Assembly: GCA_021814545.1 (NCBI GenBank)
Contig: JAKAID010000001.1
Location: forward strand, 41,590 to 105,589
From: a bacterium
GTDB lineage: Bacteria > Patescibacteriota > Minisyncoccia > UBA6257 > GWB1-50-10
Length of the DNA stretch: 64,000 bases
Direction of reading: 5' to 3'
This document shows positions 9,772 through 18,395 of this stretch, piece after piece. The notes under the pieces are model-generated. The model searched no databases and was not told the DNA's origin. It worked only from the letters and a program-made list of their open reading frames with translations. Each line of letters begins with the position of its first letter. The stretch's first letter is position 1. The position numbers were made by a program, and so were the translations under genes.

Positions 9772-11250
9772 GTGTGCGCTGAAATGCTGCCGTACGAATA
9801 CTTCTTCTACGGCGGCATCTTTTTTCTCTCGGGCGTGCTTGCGGCAAGTGCCGGCGTGGCGCCCCTTTTTGTTACCATAGGAACGCTTTTTACGTCTGCC
9901 GTGCTTTTTTTGGCGCACTTTTACGGCGTGCATCCTCGCGCTCGGCTTTTTGCGGCGTTAATCCTGCTCGTGGTGGCGGGCTCTTTTTATTATCGCGCGC
10001 ACGATGTGCGTTTTCGTGCGGAACGGATTCCTTTCGGACAGAAATTAGCGTTTACGGGCACGGTTGCGAGCGACCCCGTCGCGAGCAATGGCGAGCAACA
10101 GATGAAACTTTCCGTGACCTCGCCCTTCCGCGCGAGCATACTTCTCATCGCACGGGGTTACCCGCGGCTTGCGTACGGGGATGCAGTGCGCGGTGTGGGC
10201 GCGGTGCAGTCCGTAGGCACCACGAGTTATGCGCGGTATCTCGAGAAGGAGCTTGTGCGTGGCACGATGCGATATCCGAGTATTGCACCGATTGGAGAGC
10301 GGAGGGGCTCGCGCGTCGTTGCGGCACTTTATGCAATAAAGCATAGAATCATGGCAGCGTTCTCAAATGCGCTCCCGCCCGACGAAGCGGTGTTTTTAAG
10401 CGGGCTTACCATCGGTGCGCGCGGCGCATTTCCCGACGAGCTCAAAGATGCAATGAAACGCTCGGGTACCACGCACCTTGTGGCGCTCTCGGGCTATAAC
10501 ATCACCATTCTTGTTGCGGTCGTCTCGTGCATGCTCCTCTCCTTCCTTTCGCGAAGAGCGGCGTTTTTTGTGACCGTTCCCATTATTATCGCCTTCGTTA
10601 CGATGACGGGAGCCGAGGCCTCAGTGGTCCGTGCGGGCGTGATAGGGGTCCTGGCGCTCCTTGCACGCGAGGTGGGGAGGGCACACGATATGCGCAACGT
10701 TATTCTTGCGGCGGGCATTGTGATGGTGCTCGCGAATCCCAAAGTGCTCGCATTCGATATCGGCTTCCAGCTTTCTTTTCTTGCACTTCTCGGGCTTGTG
10801 TATGTAGGCCCCGCGCTTATGAATCTTTTTCATATCGAGGAAGGAGGCAAGGGGCCCCTCTCATGGAAAGAGGGGCTTATTACCGCGCTTGCGGCGCAGC
10901 TCGCGACTTTGCCGCTTCTTGTCGGGAGCTTCGGTGTATTTTCTCCCGTATCGCTCATTTCGAATATCGCCATTCTCGAATTCATCCCGCCCACGATGGG
11001 GCTTGGGTTTTCCGTCGCGCTCGCTTCGCTCGTGTCAGGGACCGTTTCGCTTTTCCTCGGGCTTCTTGCGCACGTGTTTCTGAGGCTCGAATTGTGGCTC
11101 ATCTACTTTTTTGCTCGCATTAGTTTTCCGCTGCATTTCAAGATGAGCGTGGTGCTTGGTGCCGTGTACTACCTCGCGCTCGGCGTTTTTGTGTGGCGGT
11201 ATACTAAGAACCATGGTGGAAGCGCTCTTCGCACTCGTCACGCGAAATAA
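9772..11250 (+). CDS. comEC: DNA internalization competence protein ComEC/Rec2, membrane competence domain only
   Basis: Multi-TM protein; ComEC motif GTTHLVALSGYNITILVAVV. Confidence 0.75.
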   Translation: MCAEMLPYEYFFYGGIFFLSGVLAASAGVAPLFVTIGTLFTSAVLFLAHFYGVHPRARLFAALILLVVAGSFYYRAHDVRFRAERIPFGQKLAFTGTVASDPVASNGEQQMKLSVTSPFRASILLIARGYPRLAYGDAVRGVGAVQSVGTTSYARYLEKELVRGTMRYPSIAPIGERRGSRVVAALYAIKHRIMAAFSNALPPDEAVFLSGLTIGARGAFPDELKDAMKRSGTTHLVALSGYNITILVAVVSCMLLSFLSRRAAFFVTVPIIIAFVTMTGAEASVVRAGVIGVLALLAREVGRAHDMRNVILAAGIVMVLANPKVLAFDIGFQLSFLALLGLVYVGPALMNLFHIEEGGKGPLSWKEGLITALAAQLATLPLLVGSFGVFSPVSLISNIAILEFIPPTMGLGFSVALASLVSGTVSLFLGLLAHVFLRLELWLIYFFARISFPLHFKMSVVLGAVYYLALGVFVWRYTKNHGGSALRTRHAK

Positions 11251-12094
11251 AAAGACGTTCATCATATTCGCAGGCGCCTTCATGGTGCTCGATGCTATGC
11301 TTTTTGGCTCTATCGCGCGTGCAGCGTACGCGCGCGATTCGCTCACGCTCAATTTTTTGAACGTGGGGCAGGGAGATGCGGAGCTTGTTGGGCTGCCGGG
11401 CGGCGCCACGCTTCTCATCGACGGCGGGCCGGCGCGCGGTAACGTGCTTCACGCGCTCGCGGAAGTGCTTCCCGTGACGCAACGCACTATCGACCTTGTG
11501 GCGCTCACGCATGCGCAAGCGGATCATTTTGCGGGGCTTATCGAGGTGCTTTCGCGGTATCGCGTGGGAGCGTTCCTGTGGACGGGGCGTGCGGGGACGG
11601 GAGTGGCGTATGAGGCGCTTATGCACGCGCTTCAGGAACACCACGTGCTGCTCGTCGTGCTTCGGCGGGGCGACGTTGTACGGAGTGGGAAAGGAATTGT
11701 TCGCGTGGTTTCTCCTGACGCGGCGCTTGCGGCGAGCAGAGACCTTAACGATACTTCACTTGTGCTTCAAGCGGAGTTTGCGAGCACTACCACGCTTTTT
11801 ACGGGCGATATCGGAAAAAGCGCAGAACGGAGTATCGCAAACGCACTTCGGGCGCCTGTCAGTATCTTAAAAGTGCCGCACCACGGCTCGAAGGGTTCGG
11901 TATCTGCGGCATTCACGGACGTGCTGCGGCCCGCGCTTGCGGTAGTTGAGGTGGGGAAGAATTCCTACGGACACCCTTCGCCCGAGGCGCTTGCCGACCT
12001 TGCGCGGGTTGGCGCGCGCGTATTCCGCACAGACGAGGATGGCACCATCACCGTGCGCATCGACGAGGCGGGGCGCGCGCATATTACAAAATAA
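11213..12094 (+). CDS. metallo-beta-lactamase fold protein, ComEC C-terminal domain-like, in +1 frame overlapping comEC 3' end
   Basis: LNVGQGDAELVGLPGGATLLIDGG and THAQADHFAGL MBL motifs; N-terminal TM segment; ORF track frame starts at 11156. Confidence 0.6.
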   Translation: MVEALFALVTRNKKTFIIFAGAFMVLDAMLFGSIARAAYARDSLTLNFLNVGQGDAELVGLPGGATLLIDGGPARGNVLHALAEVLPVTQRTIDLVALTHAQADHFAGLIEVLSRYRVGAFLWTGRAGTGVAYEALMHALQEHHVLLVVLRRGDVVRSGKGIVRVVSPDAALAASRDLNDTSLVLQAEFASTTTLFTGDIGKSAERSIANALRAPVSILKVPHHGSKGSVSAAFTDVLRPALAVVEVGKNSYGHPSPEALADLARVGARVFRTDEDGTITVRIDEAGRAHITK

Positions 12095-12140
12095 CGAACC
12101 CTTGGAAGCCAGAGGAAATGTGTGATATCATTTTTTTGCT

Positions 12141-13538
12141 ATGAGAACACTTACGCGGGATATCGGGGCGCACGAGGGGAAGGAGGTGACCCTAATGGGT
12201 TGGGTGGATGTGCGGCGCGACCACGGGAAGCTCATTTTTATCGATATCCGCGACTGGACCGGTTTGGCCCAGGTCGTGTTCATTCCGAAGAATAAAGAAC
12301 TCCACGAGAAGGCGAGCGAGCTTCGCTCCGAATGGGTCATCAAGCTTACCGGCACGGTGCAGCGTCGCCCCAAGGGACTTGAGAACCCGAAGATGGCGAG
12401 CGGCTCCTATGAGGTAACCGCAACCGGGCTTGAGGTGTCCGCGAAGGCCGTGACGCCGCCGCTTGATGTGAGCTCGAATGGGCTCGATATCAGCGAAGAG
12501 GTGCGCATGAAGTACCGCTATCTTGACCTCCGGCGTCCGCGCATGCAGAAGAACCTCCGCAACCGCGCAAGGGTGTTCCGGTTCATTCGCAACCATCTCG
12601 CGAGCAAGAATTTCGTCGAGATAGAGACCCCCATTCTTTCGAAATCGACACCGGAAGGTGCCCGCGACTTTTTAGTACCTTCGCGCATCCACGAGGGCAA
12701 GTTCTACGCCTTGCCGCAGTCGCCCCAGCAGTACAAGCAGCTTTTTATGGTTGCGGGGATGGATCGCTATTATCAGTTCGCGCGGTGCTTGCGCGATGAG
12801 GATTCGCGCGGTGATCGCCAGCCGGAATTTACGCAGCTCGATATGGAGATGAGCTTCGTGACTCGTGAGGATGTGATGGCGGTGAACGAGGAGCTTCTTA
12901 TAACGACAGTGAGGGAAATGTATCCGGAGAAGAAAATTCAGGAGATACCGTTCCCGCGCATTACCTATAAGGAGGCAATGGAAAAGTATGGCACGGACAG
13001 GCCTGACATTCGCAAGGACAAGAACGACCCGAACCTGCTCGCGTTCTGCTGGGTCATCGATTTCCCGTTTTTCGAAAAGACCGAGGAAGGCGGATGGACC
13101 TTCACTCACAACCCGTTCTCGGCACCGAAGCCGGAACACATGGAAGACCTTTTGGCGCAGCGCAACATTGCGAATATTTTGACGACGCAGTACGATATTG
13201 CGCTGAACGGTTTCGAAGTGGGCGGTGGGAGCATCCGTAACCATACCTCGGCGGGATTAAAGGCGGTCTTCAATATTATGGGGTTCGAAGATGAGCGCAT
13301 TATGCGCAATTTCGGACACATGCTCGAGGCGTTCGATTTCGGCGCGCCCCCGCATGGCGGTATCGCGTGGGGTATCGACCGCTTCATGATGCTTATGGAG
13401 GGCGAGGCGAACATTCGCGAGGTCATTGCCTTTCCGAAGACGGGCGACGGAAGCGACCTTATGATGGATGGCCCCTCAGAAGTATCGCCGGAGCAGCTGC
13501 GTGACCTGCATATCAAAATCGTAGAAAAGAAAAAATAA
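12141..13538 (+). CDS. aspS: aspartyl-tRNA synthetase, compact type without the GAD insertion
   Basis: N-terminal OB fold GWVDVRRDHGKLIFIDIRD; CLRDEDSRGDRQPEFTQLDMEMSF matches the AspRS motif 2 region; 465 aa. Confidence 0.8.
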   Translation: MRTLTRDIGAHEGKEVTLMGWVDVRRDHGKLIFIDIRDWTGLAQVVFIPKNKELHEKASELRSEWVIKLTGTVQRRPKGLENPKMASGSYEVTATGLEVSAKAVTPPLDVSSNGLDISEEVRMKYRYLDLRRPRMQKNLRNRARVFRFIRNHLASKNFVEIETPILSKSTPEGARDFLVPSRIHEGKFYALPQSPQQYKQLFMVAGMDRYYQFARCLRDEDSRGDRQPEFTQLDMEMSFVTREDVMAVNEELLITTVREMYPEKKIQEIPFPRITYKEAMEKYGTDRPDIRKDKNDPNLLAFCWVIDFPFFEKTEEGGWTFTHNPFSAPKPEHMEDLLAQRNIANILTTQYDIALNGFEVGGGSIRNHTSAGLKAVFNIMGFEDERIMRNFGHMLEAFDFGAPPHGGIAWGIDRFMMLMEGEANIREVIAFPKTGDGSDLMMDGPSEVSPEQLRDLHIKIVEKKK

Positions 13539-13540
13539 CT

Positions 13541-14146
13541 ATGGCACATCAAAAAGAACAGCGGACATTTGCGCTCATCAAGCCCGATGGCGTACAGAGG
13601 AGCCTTATCGGGGAAATTATCAGCCGTTTCGAGCGGACAGGTTTGAAGTTCGTTGCGTTTAAGTTTTTGGTACCGACGCGCGAGCAGTGCTTCGCGCATT
13701 ATGCGAAGGACGACGCGTGGTGTGTAAAAGTGGGCGAGCGCACCATCACAGGGAAGAAAGAGAAGGGGTTACCCGTTGAAAAATCCGCGCTTGAATACGG
13801 CAGGGACATTCTGGAGGGCAATGTGAGGTTTCTCACATCCGGCCCCGTGCTCGCGATGTGTCTTGAGGGCAATCAGGCGGTGGGTATCGTGAAGAAGTTG
13901 GTGGGAGGCACCGAGCCGCTCACATCCGACGTTGGCACCATCCGCGCAGACCTCACCATCGATTCATATGAGATCGCGAACGCCGATGACCGCTGTGTAC
14001 GCAACTTAATCCACTGCTCGGACGAGCCGAAGGAAGCGGAACGGGAATTGAAGATATGGTTTAAGGATGGGGAGCTTATTTCGTACCACCACATCAACGA
14101 GGTAACGCTCTACGATGTGGACCTCGGCCACATTCTTGGGAAGTAA
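13541..14146 (+). CDS. ndk: nucleoside diphosphate kinase (with internal insertion, 201 aa)
   Basis: TFALIKPDGVQRSLIGEIISRFERTGLK; NLIHCSD matches the NIIHGSD active-site region. Confidence 0.75.
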   Translation: MAHQKEQRTFALIKPDGVQRSLIGEIISRFERTGLKFVAFKFLVPTREQCFAHYAKDDAWCVKVGERTITGKKEKGLPVEKSALEYGRDILEGNVRFLTSGPVLAMCLEGNQAVGIVKKLVGGTEPLTSDVGTIRADLTIDSYEIANADDRCVRNLIHCSDEPKEAERELKIWFKDGELISYHHINEVTLYDVDLGHILGK

Positions 14147-14152
14147 CAAAGA

Positions 14153-14180
14153 AAACCCGCATTATATGCGGTTTTCTTTA
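14153..14180 (+). terminator. rho-independent terminator
   Basis: aaaacccgcattatatgcggttttcttt. Confidence 0.7.
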
Positions 14181-14502
14181 TGAGTATTATCCACTGTTTT
14201 GTTGTGCCGCGAATGCTATACTGTAATTGAATCCTGCTCTTAGATTTCGGCTCAAATGAATTCTACAGGGATTCCACATTGCGCAGTACCGCTGGTTCGT
14301 CCGGGGTTCCTGCGCAGAGGAAACCCACTTAGCTTCAAGCCGGAGAATTCACCAGAGCGGGATTCGTTTTTATTTACGAGCGCTGGCGTGAAGGGGAATG
14401 TTGTGGTTAAATCTAAGGCGGAGACGGGCTGTACGCGCTCCGCGCGTCATCCCATCGCTCGGACAAAATGAATACGAAGCGCATTCATTTTGCTCCTTCG
14501 CT

Positions 14503-14573
14503 CGGGCTGTAGTATACCGGTAGTACGCATGCATGGGGTGCATGTAGACCGGGTTCGATTCCCGGCAGCCCGA
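14503..14573 (+). tRNA. tRNA-Pro (anticodon GGG)
   Basis: Manual cloverleaf: acceptor CGGGCTG/CAGCCCG; D stem GTAT/GTAC; anticodon stem CATGC/GCATG with loop AUGGGGU (G37); T arm CCGGG-TTCGATT-CCCGG; discriminator A; no encoded CCA. Confidence 0.85.
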
Positions 14574-14589
14574 CAAAGAGTTAAGACGA

Positions 14590-14678
14590 CCGCAACAAAA
14601 AGACCTTCTTCAACCCGCTCACGCCCCGTAGGCGGGGCTGCGCTTCCGTTTAGGTTTCAGAAAATCTTTTTGTTGCGG
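14590..14678. repeat. family A palindromic element, copy A1
   Basis: Outer inverted repeat gcaacaaaaaga/tctttttgttgc; 5' box CAACCCGCTCACGCC; hairpin ccccgtaggcgggg; 3' box CTGCGCTTCCGTTTAGGTTTC. Confidence 0.65.
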
Positions 14679-14774
14679 ATACCGGTGGAAAGATTTTACG
14701 ATTTGCATTCGCGGGTATTTTTGTTAGCGTTATTGTAGAACTTGAACACATTATCGAGAAAGGAGGTCGGAGCG

Positions 14775-15401
14775 ATGAGGTATGTTACGGGAATTCCCGG
14801 ACAATTCGTGCTGTTTCCCAAGGAACCTGTCAGTTGTTCGCCCGAGCAGTTCTTCTCCGTGCTCCCCAAGCTTGGCGAAGAGCGCTTTGCGGTGACTGTG
14901 TGGTGCGAATCAGAGGCAGAGATAGAGGATTTCTTTTTCCGCGCCCTCATTTTCGGCGCGCGCATCCTCTCGCTCTACTTCGGCAGGAACCTTGCGCGCG
15001 CATTCGTGAAGTCTGGCGGGACGGGCAGATGCATGGCGTGCGGGAAGCCCTCGCGGCATTTCCGCGAATGCAGCTGCGGCACGTTCGAGTGGTGCGCCGC
15101 GTGCGAGGAAGCGGGCGTGCTGGTGTTCTGGAAGCGACTCGGCGACAAGGCGTCGCTTTCCGCGATTTACTGGGACCACGCGGACCACATGTGCGACCCC
15201 GAGTGTTGCGCGCGCGGTCATACGCTACCGCACGCTACCCGCACCGAGCTTGAGGCAATGGTGCCGAGGATCGAGACAGCCATCACCGACCTCGACGAAA
15301 AGAGCGTTGGAGGTTTCTCGGTTGCGGTGCGTGCGCGGACGCCCGGGGAGCGCGCGGAAGACCTCGCATGTCTTCTCGAAACGCATCACGTCACCGGATG
15401 A
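14775..15401 (+). CDS. cysteine-rich hypothetical protein
   Basis: AAGGAGG RBS before the ATG at 14775 (track ORF starts at 14742); many CxxC/CxC motifs (CMACGKPSRHFRECSCGTFEWCAACEE...CDPECCARGH). Confidence 0.5.
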   Translation: MRYVTGIPGQFVLFPKEPVSCSPEQFFSVLPKLGEERFAVTVWCESEAEIEDFFFRALIFGARILSLYFGRNLARAFVKSGGTGRCMACGKPSRHFRECSCGTFEWCAACEEAGVLVFWKRLGDKASLSAIYWDHADHMCDPECCARGHTLPHATRTELEAMVPRIETAITDLDEKSVGGFSVAVRARTPGERAEDLACLLETHHVTG

Positions 15402-15413
15402 ATTAAATGATAG

Positions 15414-15439
15414 CCGCCCCGTTTCCCACGGGGCTTTTT
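15414..15439 (+). terminator. rho-independent terminator
   Basis: gccccgtttcccacggggc followed by ttttt. Confidence 0.7.
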
Positions 15440-15542
15440 CTTGAGTTTGATTTTTTTTCTGATTTAGGAATAGTATGGCGATAGTATTCGGCACGGATAA
15501 AATCGTTCGTGGCGAACTTTCCAACTGAATAAGGAGGAGCAC

Positions 15543-16376
15543 ATGGCAAGGAAAACGTTCCGTGAAATGCTCGAGGATCGGTGGGGCAGGGAAAACTTCG
15601 TCTGCGTGGGGCTCGACCCGGTGTACGAAAAGCTTCCGAAGGCGGTGTGCGACCCCGGCAACATGGCGACCTCGATCATGAACTTCAACGCGCGCATCGT
15701 GGATGCCACGAAGGACCTTGTGTGCGCCTATAAGCCAAACAGCGCATTCTACGAGGCGCTCGGCAAGCTGGGCATGTACGCGCTCCGCGAGACCGTGGCG
15801 CACATCCGCGAAGCGGCGCCGGACGTGCCCGTCATCCTCGATGCGAAGCGCGGGGATATCGGCAACACGAACGAGGGGTATGTGCGTGCCGCGTTCGACT
15901 ACTTCGAGGCGGATGCCATTACCGTGAACCCCTACCTTGGCGCCGAGGCGCTCCAACCTTTTCTCGACAAGCGGGAGAAGGGTATCTTCGTGCTCTGCCG
16001 CACTTCGAACCCCGGTGCGGGCGAGCTCCAGGACCTGCAGATCGCCGAGGACCCGCTCTACCTCCACGTTGCGCGCCATGTGGCGCGGAAGTGGAACAAG
16101 TGGGGGAATTGCGCGCTCGTTGTGGGGGCGACCTGCCCGGACGAGCTCGCTGAGGTGCGGCGCGAGGTGGGTGACTTGCCCATTCTCATTCCCGGTATCG
16201 GAGCGCAAGGCGGGGAGCTTGAGAAGACGGTCCGCGCCGGTCGGGATTCGCGCCGCCGTGGGATGCTCGTGAACTCCTCGCGCGGCGTGCTCTATGCCTC
16301 GCGCGGCGAGGATTACGCCGCCGCCGCACGCCACGAGGTGGAGAAGCTTCGGAGCGCGGTGAACGCGTGCCGATAG
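15543..16376 (+). CDS. pyrF: orotidine 5'-phosphate decarboxylase (type 2)
   Basis: AAGGAGG RBS; DAKRGDIGNT active-site motif; VCVGLDP N-terminal motif. Confidence 0.85.
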   Translation: MARKTFREMLEDRWGRENFVCVGLDPVYEKLPKAVCDPGNMATSIMNFNARIVDATKDLVCAYKPNSAFYEALGKLGMYALRETVAHIREAAPDVPVILDAKRGDIGNTNEGYVRAAFDYFEADAITVNPYLGAEALQPFLDKREKGIFVLCRTSNPGAGELQDLQIAEDPLYLHVARHVARKWNKWGNCALVVGATCPDELAEVRREVGDLPILIPGIGAQGGELEKTVRAGRDSRRRGMLVNSSRGVLYASRGEDYAAAARHEVEKLRSAVNACR

Positions 16377-16390
16377 CTCGTGCGTATTAC

Positions 16391-16430
16391 AAAACCGCCT
16401 GTCCGGTTAGGGACAGGCGGTTTTTCTTTT
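16391..16430. terminator. bidirectional rho-independent terminator
   Basis: aaaaccgcctgtccggttagggacaggcggtttttctttt between convergent pyrF and rpmB. Confidence 0.75.
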
Positions 16431-16433
16431 GGG

Positions 16434-16622
16434 CTATTTCGCTCGGCTCAAGGTCTTCAAACACTTTACGCAGACATACGAGCGCTTGCCGGGAACCAAA
16501 AGGTTGGTCCATTGGAGATTCGCACGCTTTTTAGTCCACGTCGTGGGGTTGTGCTTACCGCGAAGGAGTTTTCGCGTGCCACCCATCTTTGCGCTTTTTT
16601 CACATCGCTCGCATTTCCTCAT
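16434..16622 (-). CDS. rpmB: 50S ribosomal protein L28
   Basis: 62 aa; CxxC N-terminus; KKRANLQW resembling KRRFNPNLQ and basic composition typical of L28. Confidence 0.55.
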   Translation of the reverse strand: MRKCERCEKSAKMGGTRKLLRGKHNPTTWTKKRANLQWTNLLVPGKRSYVCVKCLKTLSRAK

Positions 16623-16672
16623 AGTGAGAAGATTGTATCATTTTCCCCCGTATTGTAAAGGGGGGTTCATTC

Positions 16673-16769
16673 GCAGCCGCAAAACGAATTTCCCCTCAAC
16701 CCGCTCACGCTCCGTTAAAACGGAGCTTCGCTTCAGTTTGGGTTTCGGGGAAATTGTTTTGCTGGCTGC
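16673..16769. repeat. family A palindromic element, copy A2
   Basis: Outer inverted repeat gcagccgcaaaacgaatttcccc/ggggaaattgttttgctggctgc; 5' box CAACCCGCTCACGCT; hairpin ctccgttaaaacggag; 3' box CTTCGCTTCAGTTTGGGTTTC. Confidence 0.65.
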
Positions 16770-16800
16770 TCAATATCAGCGTTTAGGATAAACAGTGGAG

Positions 16801-17436
16801 TTAGCCGATGACCGTTTCCTTGTACGTTTTCTTGGAGAAATCGAATTCGTAGAAGATAAGCGCATCGCCACTGCCCACCTGGAGGATGAGCGTGTTGCGG
16901 TCTGTGCCGGGGGCGAAGTTTACACGGCCGGTGACCGAGCTCTTCGGCGGCATCGATTGGAAAAGGCCGTCCACACTCGCCGGAGGCACGTTGTCGCCCG
17001 TGAGGTTCACAATAGCGAAGAGCTGGCTCATATCAATGGCGGTATAGGAGCTTGCATTCGAGGTAAAGGCCTTTACCGCTACCTGGATTGTGCCGTCATC
17101 AAGTTTTGTGACGCTCTCCACCTCAATGGTGGTCGTCGCCTGCGGGGCGAGCTTGGGGCTTGAGCGCGCATCAAAAATGATGGCGGTTGGAATGGTGATG
17201 CCCGCAGAAGCAGTAGACGTGGCAGCGGGTGCGGCGCTTGGGGTTTCCGTCGCCGCGGGCGGCGTGGTTACGGCGGGGGCCGTGTTCTTTTGCAGCTGGA
17301 GCGAGAGTTCAAGGTTCTTTACCTCAGTCGAAAGCGAGGAGATTTTGTCGAACATGAGATAGAACCCGAACATAGTGCCCAAGACCACAATCAGAAGACC
17401 GATATAGACGAGCTTGTCATTTTCCATATAGTTCAA
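16801..17436 (-). CDS. membrane-anchored hypothetical protein with Thr/Pro/Ala-rich linker
   Basis: N-terminal TM LVYIGLLIVVLGTMFGFYLMF followed by a low-complexity linker and a beta-rich domain. Confidence 0.5.
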   Translation of the reverse strand: MNYMENDKLVYIGLLIVVLGTMFGFYLMFDKISSLSTEVKNLELSLQLQKNTAPAVTTPPAATETPSAAPAATSTASAGITIPTAIIFDARSSPKLAPQATTTIEVESVTKLDDGTIQVAVKAFTSNASSYTAIDMSQLFAIVNLTGDNVPPASVDGLFQSMPPKSSVTGRVNFAPGTDRNTLILQVGSGDALIFYEFDFSKKTYKETVIG

Positions 17437-17499
17437 TTATACCTTGTGCGAAGGTGAGGACGTGGGGACAACAGAGTGCTATAGTGGTAGACGAACGAA

Positions 17500-18120
17500 A
17501 TGGATATTACGCTTTTTATTTTTCAGCTCATCGTGCTTGTGTTCTCGGTCGTGGTACATGAGATATCGCATGGGTTTGTGGCGGAGCAATTGGGCGACCC
17601 GACCGCGCGGCGCGCAGGAAGGCTTACGCTGAATCCCGTGAATCACATCGACCCCGTAGGCTCGGTCATTTTGCCACTGCTTATGGCGATTGCGGGCGGT
17701 GTGGTGTTCGGGTGGGCAAAGCCGGTACCGGTCAATCCGCGTTACTTTAAAAACCCCGAGCGGGATTATGCGCTCGTTTCGGCGGCGGGACCCATAAGCA
17801 ATCTTACGCTCGCTGCCGCGTTCGCAATATTATTCCGCGCATTGCCCTTTGTTGTAGCGGGGGAGGCAGCCTCCGCATTGCAGAATTTTTTCAGCATCAT
17901 CGTCATTACGAACGTCTCGCTCGCGATCTTTAACCTTGTGCCCATTCCTCCGCTTGATGGCTCGGGGGTGCTCTTGGCGCTCCTGCCGCGCTCGGCAATG
18001 GGCGCGCGCATATTCCTTGAGCGGTACGGATTTATTATTTTCCTCGTGTTTGTCTTTTTCGGGCTCTCGTTCATTGGGCCCATCATAGAATTCGTCGCAC
18101 GAACGATGCTCGGAATGTAG
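17500..18120 (+). CDS. site-2 protease family (peptidase M50) zinc metalloprotease
   Basis: HEISHGFVAE HExxH motif inside a TM helix; multi-pass membrane protein. Confidence 0.75.
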   Translation: MDITLFIFQLIVLVFSVVVHEISHGFVAEQLGDPTARRAGRLTLNPVNHIDPVGSVILPLLMAIAGGVVFGWAKPVPVNPRYFKNPERDYALVSAAGPISNLTLAAAFAILFRALPFVVAGEAASALQNFFSIIVITNVSLAIFNLVPIPPLDGSGVLLALLPRSAMGARIFLERYGFIIFLVFVFFGLSFIGPIIEFVARTMLGM

Positions 18121-18156
18121 AGATTTTTTAAGTTTTTGTGCATTCAAAAATTGAAC

Positions 18157-18328
18157 GCAAACAAGAAGACCCCCTCGGAACCCGCTCACGCCATGCAGTC
18201 CCCGAAGCGCTCGCCCGACACTCTTGAGCTCGAGGGTGTCTCCGGGGCGACGCCCAAGTCTTACCCTCTCGCCAAGAGTGTCGGGGCTCGCTATGCGACT
18301 GTAGGTTTCGATAAGCCTTCTTATTTGC
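18157..18328. repeat. family A palindromic element, copy A3, containing nested family B copy B2
   Basis: Outer inverted repeat gcaaacaagaagacc/ccttcttatttgc; 5' box GAACCCGCTCACGCC; 3' box CTATGCGACTGTAGGTTTC; central hairpin replaced by the B element. Confidence 0.65.
18212..18287. repeat. family B palindromic element, copy B2 (nested in A3)
   Basis: Outer inverted repeat cgcccgacactcttg/caagagtgtcggggc; inner stem gagggt/accctc; identical 29-nt core at 18236-18264. Confidence 0.7.
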
Positions 18329-18395
18329 TCCTTGCCTCGAGGATACGGGGTTGACGTTTTTCTGTGTTGCCCCTATACTAATCCCTGTTTAACCG

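Noticed and set aside
10527-11123. 198-aa plus-strand alternative-frame ORF inside comEC
   Set aside because: Arg/Gly-rich alternative frame of the clearly membrane-embedded ComEC; high-GC artefact.
14181-14502. Possible RNase P RNA, tmRNA or SRP RNA
   Set aside because: Universal motifs are absent: no GGAAAGUCCGG / ACAGAAUCCGGCUUA pair at the proper spacing, no tRNA-like 3' end with a tag ORF, and no GGAAGGAAGCAGCC. It is kept only as an unexplained noncoding segment.
15225-16334. 369-aa minus-strand ORF
   Set aside because: It is antisense to pyrF, which has clear OMP decarboxylase motifs and a strong RBS. The minus-strand ORF has low-complexity Arg/Gly/Ala-rich composition typical of high-GC antisense frames.
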